Below, piece by piece: positions 50,917 through 64,000 of a stretch of DNA of 64,000 nt. The notes under the pieces are model-generated. The model was not told where the DNA came from. It saw only the letters and a list, made by a program, of their open reading frames with translations, and did no database searches. The first letter of the stretch is position 1. The number at the start of each line of letters is the position of its first letter. The position numbers were made by a program, and so were the translations under genes. This DNA comes from the human T2T-CHM13v2.0 reference genome, Homo sapiens: NCBI RefSeq assembly GCF_009914755.1, contig NC_060936.1; one strand, given 5' to 3'.

Positions 50917-53369
50917 AAATAAGTTATTTACTTCCAAGATACAATGATTATACAGGCATTGGGCAAACATTCCCATGACAAAAGGGATAAGCTGGCCAAA
51001 AGAAAGGGATAAGCTGGCCAAAAGAAAGGGGTAATAGGCCTCACACAACTCCAAAACCCAGCAGGGCAGATGTTAAATCTTAAAGCTCCAAAATGATCTC
51101 CCTTGACTCCATGTCCAGCATCCTGGGCACACTAGTGTGAGGAATGGGTTCCCAAGGCCTTGTGAAGCACTGTCCCCATGGCTTTGCTGGGTGCCGCCTA
51201 CGTGGCTGCTCACACAGGTCAAAGTCCAATGTCTGTGGGTTTTCCAGGCTGAGATTCCATGCTGCTGCTGGCTCTATAATTCTGGGGTCTAGAGGGTGGC
51301 AGCCCTGCCCCCACAGCTTCACTAGACAGTGTGCTCATGGGGACTCTCTATGGGGGCTCAAACCCCACACTTTTGCTCAGCATTGCATTACTAGAGTCTG
51401 CAGCAGGCTTCTGCCTGGGCATCCAGGTTTTCCTATATACATCCTCTGAAATCTAGGTAGAAGTTGAGAGCCTCTGCTCTTGAATTCTGCATCCTGCAGA
51501 ATTAAAAGCATGTGGAAGCCACCAAGCAGTGGCTCAAACAGTACCTGGAGCCATTTGAGTTGTGGCTGGAGCTGTAGTGGCGGGGATTTAGAAAGCAGCA
51601 TCTGGAGGTGGTACAAGACAGCAGCACTCAAGGCCATTCCCCTAAAACGATTCTGGCCTTGTAGGCCTCTGAGACTGTGATGGGAGGGGCTGCTCTGAGG
51701 ATCTTTGAAATGCCTTTGGGGGCCTTTTCTCCATTGTCTTAACTATTAACACCTGATTCCCTTTCATCCGTGTTAATCTCTCTAGTAAATGGTTGCTCTG
51801 CAGCACCCTTGGATTCCTCTCCTGAAAAGTCTCTTTCCTTCTCTAATACAGGGCTAGGCTGTGAATTTTCCAGATTTTTACACTCTGCTTTCTTTTTAAT
51901 TATAAATTCCACCTTTAGGTCATTTCCTTCCTCCCATACCTGATATAAGCTGTTAAAAGCAGCCATGCCACTTCTTGAATGCTTTGCTGCTTTGAAATTT
52001 CTTCAACCAGACACTCTAGGCTATCACTCTTAAGTCTGGCCTTCCTCAAAGCCTGAGAGCATGGACACAATGCAACCAAATTCTTTGTCATGAAGTAACA
52101 TGGGTGACCTTGACTCCACTTCCCAGTAAGTTCCTTATTTCTACCGGAGACTTCATCAGCATGACCTTTACTGTTTACATTTTTGTCAGCATTTTGGTCA
52201 CAACCACCAATAATCTCTAAGAAGTTCCTAACCTTCCTTTATCTTCCTGTCTTCTTCTGAACCCTCCAAAATCATCCAACCTCTGCCTATTACCCAGTTC
52301 CAAAGCCAGTTCCACATTTTCAGATATCTGTATAGCAATACCTGACTTCTTGGTACCAATTTTCTGTCTTGGCCCATTTGTGTTGCTGTAAAAGAATACC
52401 TGAGTCTGGGTAATTTACAAAGAAAAGAGGTTTATTTGGCTCACAGTTCTGCAGACTGTACAAGAAGCATGGCACCAGCATTTGCTTCTGGTAAGGGCTT
52501 CAGTATGCTCTCACTCATGGAAGAAGGCCAAGTGAGCCAGCATGCAGAGATCACCTGGCAAGAGAGAAAATGAGAGAAAGAGGAGGGAGGTGCCAGGCTC
52601 TTTTTAACAACCAGCTCTCATGGAACTAATAGCACAAGAACTCACTCATTGCCTTGAGAATGGCACCAAGCCATTCATGAGGGATCCACCCCCATGACCC
52701 AAACACCACCATCATTGGGGATCAAGTTTCAACACAAGATTTGAAGGGGCCAAACATTCAAACTATAGCCAAAAGAAAGAGTTCTGATGCTAGTCATTGA
52801 ATCTCTGGGATCCCTGTGGATAGCTTCACTCCTGGACTTCCTACTTACTTTGGCAAACATATTCCCTTTTTGCTTAGGTGAGTTCAGGTTGGATTTTATT
52901 TGCAAATAAAAAAATATTTCTAATGAATACACTCCCATTCAGTTTTTCATTCCTACCTCATCACCCTAATAAGCAGTAAAGATTTGAGCTTGTCATGCGT
53001 CATTTTAACTCATTTGTGTCCATTGAACACATTTTTACATTTTGATTTAAACCTGATTAGCTATTCAAGAACCTCCTGGGCTCTTCATAAATGGGATATA
53101 GATGTGTTTTGATGAAAACAAGCCAGGAAAGGTCTTAAGTATGGAGAGATGCCATGTGAGGACACAAGGCAGCCAGCAGGAGAATGAAGACCGTAGAGAG
53201 GAAAAGAGATCAAAAGAGATATAGGAAAAAGTGATCTCTAAAATAAACATACGTTAGGTGTTTCAAATGCTGATGGGAGTAAGCCTGCAGTGGTCTACCA
53301 GAGGCCTATGATAGCAGGGAGGAGGAAAGGAGAGCAGTGATGGACAGGGAAATTGGGGAAGAAGTGGCT

Positions 53370-53545
53370 ATGACTAACATTTATTCAGTGCCTCACTTGT
53401 GCCAGACACTGTGCTGGCTGCTTTGTGCCTATTGTCTCTTAGCAGGCTCAGAAATATTAAATCATTATTAGCCCAAGGTCATAGCGGGTTCCAGATTCAA
53501 ACATAAGTGTCTCTGCCTCCAAAGCCAGTGCTGTTTACACTATAA
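53370..53545 (-). mobile_element. MIR fragment
   Basis: aacatttattcagtgcctcacttgtgccagacactgtgct...gcccaaggtcatagc...gattcaaac. Confidence 0.7.
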
Positions 53546-54109
53546 AATGGGCCTGTGTCCAGATCCCAGGATGTACAGGTTGGGAGAGGATGGAGCTTGA
53601 GGTAAGAGAGGTGCTCTCTTGAGGCAAGAGAACCAGGTCAGCCTCAGAGCAACTTCACAGACTGCAACCTCATGTAGGGCCAACCCTCTTTGCTCTGGAA
53701 CAGGGAGAGCCCCAGTAGTCTCCCAGTGGGCTCCTGGAGCCTGTGACATTTGAGCACCTGACTGGGGGGAAGGGAGCAAGAAATATTTCTATGAAGCTAG
53801 GCTGTCAAAAATTGGAGAGGTGTTCAAGAAAGGTACTACTGTACTTAGAGATGGGTGTGATCCTAATCTTTTCTCTTGGTCCCCAGTGAAAGCCAACTGA
53901 ACCTAGGCTGTTTGCAGTGGGAGGGAGATGTAAAAGGGAATAGCAATTTCATGAAGACTGGTTGACTCCGGAGGTAAGGAATCTGGTTCCACATTATATA
54001 ATCTAAAAATGCCCCCACCACCTACCCCCACCCCCACGCACAAGAGAAGGAAAGGGGGAAAAAACATCCCAGAAATCACACAGTCAAGGCAAATGCGGCG
54101 AAATGGCTC

Positions 54110-54127
54110 ATTGGTTACTGTGGCAAC
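54110..54127. promoter_or_regulatory. Candidate RFX X-box with adjacent inverted CCAAT
   Basis: ATTG-GTTACTGTGGCAAC in unique, relatively CpG-retaining sequence. Confidence 0.35.
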
Positions 54128-55419
54128 CGACTCTTCCCTGCTCCGGCTGCTTATCCCACGATCCCTCTGTCACCCTATTTTTAGACTGGAGACAACGAAT
54201 GAAAACGGCTTTCAAATATTTTTTTTCTTTTCTGTGTGTCTAAGGCATGTATAACCTTTTGAAAAAGACTCAAAAGCCAGAGCTCTAGTGTGAGGCCGGT
54301 TCCCTAGTTCTGATATGAGGGATGACCCTCATTTCTCTGAGACCTGGGCCACTGCATGAGGAAGGCGCTGGGTTTCTTACGGGTTAAGTGGCAACAAATG
54401 AGGAGGAGAAACCTTGAGCATGTGGCTTAGGCATAAGTAGCCTAGCTACCAAGTAAGGTGGAGAATCTAAGTCATTGAAAATAAACCAAATAACAGGTCT
54501 TGAGGAATAAGAGGAGTTTGGAGTTATCTGGTGAGACTGACTGTGTAACTCATCTTACCTCCTTCAGTTTTAATTTTCCTCAACTGTAAAATAAAGGAGA
54601 TTATGGTCTTTCAGAATTTCAGTGACCTCCAAGACTCTCTAAAGCTCTAAAATCTCTGATCATTATCAGTTTAAATGTCAGTTTCACCAACCTTGCAAAG
54701 GAATCAAGTGGTAAGAATCTACTATTGTTCCTGAGAAACAGCCCCAATTGTTAAAATTTTTTTCAGTTGGATATTTGGGAATTGTTATTCTGGACTTTCT
54801 CTATCTCCTATTCCAAAGGAAAGATACTGTTTTTAAAAACTGTTTCAGTTGATGAAAATGAGAAATGAAGAAAATGTCAACACCTTTTCTTCATATAAAA
54901 CACTGAATTAGTGCAACATACACTTGAGATGCTTTTAAGAGAAAGGTGAACTTCTGCAATTCAATGGCAAATAAATTATCAACTGAAATGCAAAGCAATA
55001 GGCTTGCTATGTGGCAGAAAATAGAACAGAGTTGGAGGCAGGGAAAAGTTGGAAAATGCTCACCGAAGAAGGAGAAAAATCTAAACCAGATATAAGCCAT
55101 GTGTTTTATTTAGTTGATTCAGCACAGTGGTGGGAAGGGGGCCCAAGTGTCCCAATAGGGAGGGAGTCCAGTTCTCAGGGGTGTCCTCACCCTGGCCTGG
55201 TTCACAGGGCTGAGTGAGAGAGCAGAGGAGGAGTGGTCTTTTTCGTGAGTAGTTGTTGGGGAGATATGGATCTATTTCAGGTCAGCTGAGGTCCCAGAGC
55301 AAGGGTTCTCAAAGTCCAGCATGTGGGCACATTACTGAAGTGCTTGTTAAAAATGCAAATTCTCATACACAGCATTGGTTTGTAATAATCTGGTCTTTAC
55401 ACTCTTCACCAAGCTAATC

Positions 55420-55732
55420 CCTATTTTCTGCTTGGTTTTAGCTTAGATGTCCCTTCCACAAGGAGGCCTTTTTGACTACCCTCACCACTCCCACCTCAGA
55501 TAGTTTAGGTCTCTTCTCAGGTGATACTATCACATTCTAGTGCTCCTTCTTTTGTAACTTTTATTACACTTGCAACCATTTGCTTAATATCTGTCTTCTA
55601 TACTGGACTGTAAGGACTGTAAGCTCTATATAAAACATGTGTCACATCTGTCTTGTTCACACTATCTCTACTGACTAACCCAGGGTCTAGCACACAGTAG
55701 ACACTCAATAAGTATCTGTTCAGTCAATGAAC
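55420..55732 (+). mobile_element. L2 3' end
   Basis: tggactgtaag...gtctagcacacagtagacactcaataagtatctgttcagtcaatgaa. Confidence 0.8.
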
Positions 55733-55747
55733 ACTGTAAGTTATCAC

Positions 55748-56189
55748 TGTACTGGATTGAATAGTGTCCCTCAGAAATTCAGGTCTGCCCAGAACTCAGA
55801 ATGGGAGCTTCTTTGGAAACAGGATCTTTGCAGATGTAATTAGTTAAAATGAGGTCCTACTGGATTCGGATGTGTCCTAAATCCAGTGAGCAGAGTCCTT
55901 ATAAGAAATCTATGTCAACTTGCACGAGGACAAAGACCACATCAGTGACAGAAACAGAGACTGGAGTGATGCAGCCATAAGCAGAGGAACTCCAAGGATT
56001 GCTGGCAACCACCAGAAGCTAGGACAGAGGCAAGGACAGAGATTCTCCCTCAGAGTCTTCAGGAGGAACCAACCCTGCCTAGATTTTGGACTTCTGCCTT
56101 TTAGAACTCTGATGAGAATATAAAATGCTGTTGCATTAAGTCATCCAGTCTGTGCTGATTTGCTACAGCAGCCCTGGGAAACTAATACA
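55748..56189 (+). mobile_element. MLT1B-like LTR
   Basis: tgtactggattgaatagtgtccc...tttgcagatgtaattagttaa...gcagccctgggaaactaataca. Confidence 0.88.
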
Positions 56190-56299
56190 ATAGCCTACCC
56201 ATTCAGAATCACTTTTTTATTCACTTATGATTTCTTTCATTTATTATCATGCTGTCCATGTAGTCCACTTACACCACCAAAATTCTCCTATCTCCTGCT

Positions 56300-57340
56300 C
56301 CAATCAGGCATTTAAAAGTAATTGAAACCCAAATTGGCTTTAACAATAAAAGAAACTTATTGCTCATGACCTGGAAAGCACAGAAGTGAGATGGGTTTCA
56401 CTGATGACGATGAGGAATCAATTTCCTTCCAGTCTCTCTGCTTTGCCTCCCAAAATGTAAGCTTCACCCTAAATTGGCTCCCCTCAACCCACCGTGGTCA
56501 CAAAATGCCTACTTCCAACTCTCTGGGCTACAATTTTTTCATGTATTGCATTCATTATTGATTTTTGCAGGACAAATTACACCAAACTTAGTATCCTAAA
56601 ACAACAATAATCATCTGTTGTTTCTTGTAGGCAATGTGTTTATGAAATTCTGGACTGGTTCAGCTGTGGGATTCTGATTAGGCATTCTCATGAGGTTGCA
56701 ATCAGATATCAGCTGAAGTTGAAGACACTGAAGACCTTTCTAGGAACAGGGGATTCACTTCCAAGGTGGTTCTTTCATGTGGCTGTTAGGCTAATGCTAG
56801 CAAACTGGTTTCTGTCTATGTGGGATTCTCCACCAGCTTCAAGGGTCTTTGTGACATGGCAGCTGGCTTTCCCTGGAGCAAGAAACCCAAGACAGCATGA
56901 AGAAAATTGCAAATGTCTTTTAGCCTCAGAAGCCATCTGCCATCACTTCCACAGTATTCTCTCTTGCTCACACAGGTCAGCCCTAATTCAGTGTAGGCGG
57001 AGACTACACTGAATACCAAGGTCATGAATACCAAGAGACCCTCTTATGAACTGGCTATACCATCTATGTCCTAGAGAAGCAAGTTTGGGTTGCTTCCCGG
57101 AGTTAAAAAAAAAAAAAATGAAAACTTCTTTCCCAGAATTTTACAGAAAATGTTCTTCCTGCCAAAAGGGCACCTTTTCAAACTAGAAATTGTAGCTAAC
57201 GCTTAGGATTGAGCTAAATTAAGCATGAACTACATATCTCACCCTTTGGACTTAGCAGGGCCGAGGGGTACGAATACTTAAATAAAAATCTGGGTAGGTA
57301 CCAGGAGAAGGGAGAATGTGCTAAGGAGGCAGCCATAACA
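56300..57340 (-). mobile_element. Nested old MLT1 LTRs (inner element ~56544-57060)
   Basis: acaaattacaccaaacttagtatcctaaaacaacaataatc..., catcacttccacagtattct. Confidence 0.6.
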
Positions 57341-57419
57341 CAGTGTTTACTAAATCTAGTAACTTGACCCCAGGAACTTCTATTTCAGTAAATGCTCTAG
57401 TATGCTTGAAGACTTAAAA

Positions 57420-57845
57420 AAAAAAAAAGTTTGAAGATTTTTTTAAAAAATATAACCACATAGCTTTAAAAAATTATATCTTTAAAAACTAACATTAATT
57501 CATTATCATCATTAAATATCCAATTAGCATTTAAATGTCCCTAACTACTTGATTGTCCTATAAAATTTTTATATTATTTTGCTTGTTTTTTATTTTAAGT
57601 GGGATCCAAACACTGCATTTGGTTAATGTCTCTTAAGTCTCATTTAATGCATTTCTCATACAAATCTTCCTTCATTGCAGTTTATCTTTTGAAGAAACCA
57701 GGTCGTTAATCCTGCAAAATTTCTCACAGTCTGGATTTTGCTGATTGCATTCCCTTGGTGTTGTGTAACATGTTCCTCTGTCCTCTGTATTGCCTGTAAA
57801 CTGACAGTTAGAGCTGGAGGCTTCATCTGATTCAGGCTTCATGCA
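57420..57845 (-). mobile_element. Old L1 (MC/ME) 3'UTR fragment
   Basis: ggatccaaacactgcatttggttaatgtctcttaagtctc...tctggattttgctgattgcattcc. Confidence 0.7.
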
Positions 57846-58037
57846 GGAGTAGGGTGAGGGGGGTTGTCAAGAATATTTTACAGATATATGTATATGGCAA
57901 TCTGTATTTTAACAAACATACTTTTTTTAAGTAAATTATTTCTTATTATCAACATTCATGGAACTGACATTAGATATCTATATGGAGAGGAGAAAGCTTT
58001 AGAGTTTAGAGCCATGACTGTAAAACTCTAATAGACA

Positions 58038-58197
58038 ACAGAGTCAACTGGGAAGACTTATTTAAACAGATTGCGGGCCTCGCCCCTGGAGCTTTTTATT
58101 CAGTGAATATGAGATAAGGCCCCAAAATTTGCATTAATAACAAGCTACCAGGCAATGCTGATGCTGCTGTTCTTAGAACCACACTTTGTGAACCTCT
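58038..58197. mobile_element. MER5A hAT-Charlie element
   Basis: aatttgcattaataacaagctaccaggcaatgctgatgctgctg...accacactttg. Confidence 0.8.
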
Positions 58198-58202
58198 CCT
58201 TT

Positions 58203-58450
58203 AGAGCATGGTGGGTCTAACATTTGAGGAAGGCTCTGACACCTGAACACCTGCGATGAAATTCTTCTTTTGCCACATGACAGCTGAACAGGTTTGGGAA
58301 ACTACGTCAACTCTCTAAACCTCAATTCCCTTATTTGTAAAATGGGGTCAATCATAACACGACCCAGCTTAGATACAGTGGTAAAAGGGTTAAATGAGAT
58401 ACTATACCTTTATCATTGAGCCTTGTCAATAATCAATATTCAACAAATGT
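58203..58450 (+). mobile_element. MIR
   Basis: ctctctaaacctcaattcccttatttgtaaaatgggg...ttaaatgagata. Confidence 0.7.
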
Positions 58451-58981
58451 GGTGGTAGTTGTTGTAGTAGTAATTATAATTATCAATATTATTATTCGTT
58501 TGCTGGTTTTATAATCTACAATCAGGCCATAAGAAATTATTGCACTGCACCAGTTCCAAGGAATCTGTCTGGGACACCTGCAGCCTTGGAGGTAGGAGTT
58601 GTTAGTCAAGTTGTGGCTGTGGACTACATCAAAGTGAAAAATAGGAAGGACAATGAGGGAAAGTTCTGTTTCTGTTTAGAGTTAGAGGTATTCTTCCAAA
58701 TGGGGCATCAAGGAACCGGTCCTTCTACACAAACACCAGGTCTATCATGTGGACAGCTCAGTAACTTTTCCCAATATCATAGATAAAGGGACTCATCTCT
58801 CAACCATCAACGGAACAATTTCAACATTGTGCAGGATGTGCAGACACAGACAAGCAGCCAAAAAAGTCAGAAAAAGATAACTAAGAGAAATTTAAAATAA
58901 GGGGAGCAACAATAACATAAATTAAATTTAAAATAAGAGGAGCAACAATAATATTTGAAATATTAAGAACATTTCTAATTT

Positions 58982-59112
58982 GGCTGGGCACAGTGGTGCA
59001 TGCCTATAGTCCCAGCTACTCCAGAGGCTGAAGCAGCAGGAATCCATGAGCCCAGGAGTCCAAGGCCAGCCTGGGCAACAGAGTAAGACCCCACCTCTAA
59101 AAAAAAAAAAAA
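58982..59112 (+). mobile_element. FLAM monomer
   Basis: ~117 bp monomer with poly(A). Confidence 0.82.
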
Positions 59113-59557
59113 TTAAACTTCACTGGTCATTACAAGTAAATACTAAGGATTCCCTAGGGTGTTGTACCTCTGTAACTTCCTTGGTTCTACCATCACTTGT
59201 TTAAATCACCAGCCCAAAGCAAACTAAAGGAGACTCAAGCCAATTTGTAAGAAGATAGTACTGAAGAAGAAAGGAGACAACACAGGCACTGTGATTAAAT
59301 CTTGAACTGATCCTAGATTTTTAAAAAGATTGCTGATCCCTAGCAAGGGCAAATAAGATGTCAGAGTAAGAACCACATACATATAGGCATATATACAAAA
59401 CTGCAGTGGAAACTATTAATGAGGAAATAATACAGAATAATGGCTAAGAATCAGCAGATGTAGGTTTTAATTTTCTTTCTGCCATTCATGTGCTGTGTGA
59501 CCTTGGAGAAGCTGCACAATCTCTCTGAACATCAATTTCTTCATGATAGTAATTTAA

Positions 59558-59947
<390 letters not shown>

Positions 59948-60123
59948 ACACAATTCTTATCTAAGCTGAATAATATGATTCCTGCTCATTGTGATTGTAG
60001 AGAAAGTAAACAGAAGCTTATTGGTTGGAGAAAACACTCTTAGAGCTAGTGATGATAATGAATCTGCCTCAAAGAGGCCATCTGAAGAGAAGGAAGATTG
60101 GGTTTGATGGCTTAGGAAACCGC

Positions 60124-60600
60124 TGTCACAAGCTGCAAAGAGTCAGAAATTTTACCCTGCTTGAAAGCTAACAAGGTAGTCTACAGTTTAATGGACAGAA
60201 GATGATGTGTGGATCAAAGACAAAGGACTTTATTCCTCAGTGGGCAACATGAGCATCAGCATATCTACACAGTTTCCCTTGTCCCCAAGTCCAACAGGGG
60301 TGACATGATGGGACCCAATAATACCTGCTCACACAATGGGGTGCCTTATAGGAGAGGAGCCCAAGTCCTAGCATCCGGAAATGTTCCCTCAAGCAGCAAA
60401 CATTGTAGCAAGCAAAAAATAAGTTAGTCCCCCTCCTCCTAGGGCGCAAGCAGTTACAGGGTGGTCACACTGTGGTCAGCTAAACTTGCTTACTTGCCTG
60501 TGACTAGCTACAGAACTGTTCAGCATCAGGAGGTAGGTGAGCCATTTTGCAAGAATGTGTAGGAATGCTCAGGGCCCATAGCTAACTGCCTGCCTAATGG
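60124..60600 (-). mobile_element. Old ERVL-class LTR (MER54/73/74-like)
   Basis: 'aattttaccctgcttgaaagctaacaag...caaagacaaaggactttattcctcag'. Confidence 0.55.
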
Positions 60601-61305
60601 GGCACTCACACTTACTGAGTACCTTCTAAGTACCAGGCAGTCTGTGGGGTGCTTTATTAGTATTTTTGCAGGTATTTTTCCATTTATTCAGAGTTGGAGT
60701 GTGGTCCTTCATCAGGATACAAAGTCAAGGTCTTTCAAATGGATCATAAGACATCTACTCACCACATCTCTAAAGTATATGATTATTATTTCAACCCACA
60801 CAAGATATCTGGAGTTCAGGAGACCTTAATTATGAAGTACCTTTTATAAGTTCCTAACAAAAACCCAGTTCTGACCACTGATGCTTAAGAAAGATAGACT
60901 ATAGGAATTTTAACTTTTCATTCTTCTTGTTTTTCTTTTAGAATTTCCAAGCTATGTCATGTCACTTCACTGGAAAGTCATATACCTGAATACTGCTCTA
61001 GTTCTTTATAGAAATGGCTTCACAAACTATGACTTAATACTATGCCCTCATTTTTCTATCAGAAACTGGTGTAGATAATGCTAAATAAAGAACACCTTGT
61101 TTTGTTGAAGATATGTCCACTATGTACACCAACATCTGCAAAGATTTACAACATAATTTTTTTGAATTTAATTCCAGTAAGACATTTGTGCAGTATGTTT
61201 ACTCATATTAGATATGAGAGCTAGATAACCCAAACTGAATCCCTTGTTTCCCTGGCTCTAAGAAAATCCAGAATTAAGTCTTGGACTTAAAAGTAGACAT
61301 TTCCT

Positions 61306-61610
61306 GGCTGGGCGCAGTGGCTCACACCTGTAATCCCAACACTTTGGGAAGCTGAGGTGGATGGATCACCTAAGACCAGGAGTTCAAGACCAGCCTGGCC
61401 AACATGACAAAACCCCATTTCTACTAAAAATACAAAAATCAGCCAAGCATAGTGATGGGCACCTGTAATCCCAGCTACTCAGGAGGCTGAAGGAGGAGAA
61501 TCACTTGAACCCAGGAGGCAGAGACTGCAGTGAGCCCAGATCATGCCACTACACTCCAGCCTGGGTGACAGAGTGAGACCCTGTCTCAAAAAAAAAAAAA
61601 AAAAAAAAAA
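61306..61610 (+). mobile_element. AluS
   Basis: TSD aaaagtagacatttcc / aaaagcaaacatttcc. Confidence 0.92.
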
Positions 61611-63005
61611 AAAAGCAAACATTTCCCTTAAACTTGAGTTTTCTGGAATAATTATTCAATGTCCTTCACTGCTTGGCCCTTATGTTTGCATTTTTACTTC
61701 AGTGCTCTAAAGAATTATGGTACATTTTCTCAAATAATGTTTTGAAAGTAAACGGAGTAAAAGCAATTAGTCAATGAAGGAACAAAACTACCCAAGTTTT
61801 GGGTTATTTCATTTATTATTACTAGTATTTTGCCTAAGTACCCATAAAGCTTTTTAGTTTAAAACATAATCCTCAAATTAGTCTTAGCCTTACAAAATAT
61901 AAATTGAGCTTCCAAAAGTTAGTTAGCATGCCTTATATTATGAATTTTCCTGACTGTGCTTTTATTAGGGTTTAATCAGAGACTATTGTAAGAATCTCTA
62001 ATCTGGGTTCTAAGCATTTGACATTATTAAACAGCTAAATGAAAGAGAACAGAAGGGTTGCAAAGTAGAAAATGTATTTTATTTTTAAATTGAACGCCAT
62101 TATATTTGTAATAACATTGCATGCTAAGAAGCATTAGGCAGCTCTGTCAGTTCCTGCTTCATACAGTCTAAATAAAACTGGAGAGCAATTTCTGAGAAGC
62201 CAAGGGGGTGAGGATCTCATGTCTACCCCAGAGCGATTCCCAAGAATAGCAGGTCGGAAGTTCTAAGGTACAAGTGAAAGGCTGTCTGAAGTTCTGTTTG
62301 GTTGTTGACCTACTGCTGGCTGCTAGGTTTGCCCAAGGGGTATCAGCGATAATAGGCTAGTCATAGGTCAGTCATTGCACAGATACACTCATCATCCTGG
62401 GAAGGCCTCGGATGTGCCTGGAACGACCGATGTGAGTCATGAAGGCCCCCTTGGAAGACCACATCCAACCCCATACTTCTCACCTGGACTGTGACTTAAG
62501 CAAAGTCCTCCTGAAGACCAGAGAGATGATCTACCATGAGTGTGCTCCGTCGGAAAACACCCAAATCCTTAAGGACATACAACCTCTTCCTGGGACCCCA
62601 CATCCACCCTTGCTCTGGGGGTGGCCTAAATGAGGGTGAAGACTCAGCTAGAAGAATAAGGGGCAGCAAACATACCTGCTTGTTACAAAAGAAAAGAGAG
62701 CAGTCAACACTCAATCTTGTTTCCTGACATCACCTGAGTCTGTAACTCCATCGGAGGATTTAGGGGGCAAAAATTAAACTCTCAAAAATGATTTTAAAGA
62801 TTTTAACCTGTAATTTAAAGAGTAAACATTTGTCATCCTGTTTTGGGTTGCACTGTGTCACAAACCAGAAACAAATAAAATTTTCAAACCAGCAGCTAAC
62901 TTTAGCACGGTTGAGCCGGGACCATCCACAGTGAGAGAGGCTGCCAGCACAGACAGTACCCTCTGCTGGGCAAAAGGGTCCCTACAGCCCCTCTTAGCAG
63001 GGCTA

Positions 63006-63573
<568 letters not shown>

Positions 63574-64000
63574 TTACCAACTGCTGCTCACAGCACTTTC
63601 TGCTGAAATGTTATTGCTGCTAAGGTGTCAGCAGATGAGAGACAAGTTTCTGCCTTCCCTTGAGACATCTGGATTTCCAAAGCAGGCTTTTGAAAGCTAA
63701 AAAGTTTTCAAGCCCCAAATGAGAATGGGTTTGGATTTATTCAAAAAAGGACCATACACATGGGAGAGAGATTTTCCTGGCACACTTCAAACCACATTTT
63801 CCAGGAAAGGAAGACTTTCAAGTAGCTCTGCTCAGGTCAGACTTAGGGATACGGGATACTCAAGGGATAGCATAGGATAGCCTGGGCAGAGTAGGGGGGT
63901 CGGGGGACATCCCTGTCTTCAACTGAAATGCAAGAATATGTTATAGAAGAACGATCACTATTGGGAAAAGGATGGTTTCATCTAATGTATTTGAAATTAT

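Overview
Primate (human-like) genomic DNA, AT-rich and dominated by interspersed repeats: L1 of several ages, Alu/FLAM/FRAM, MaLR and ERVL LTRs, Tigger3/MER96B/MER5A DNA transposons, MIR/L2 and a 7SL pseudogene. I see no host protein-coding gene; every long ORF is a broken L1 ORF1/ORF2 piece. I found no new gene system. The informative signal is structural history readable from repeat junctions: (1) an ~11 kb inversion with breakpoints inside two oppositely oriented Tigger3 copies, shown by two old L1 reading frames that rejoin exactly when the segment is flipped back; (2) a full-length L1PA5-like element with a spliced 5'UTR (SpIRE97/622 type); (3) a second L1PA5-like copy with an apparently two-step 3' transduction that shares many unusual substitutions with the first; (4) two local templated copies of L1 sequence (203 bp and 32 bp); (5) a multi-layer nest MLT1>MST provirus>7SL>transduced-flank+Alu. 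Subfamily names come from remembered consensus features, not from RepeatMasker, and boundaries of old elements are approximate.
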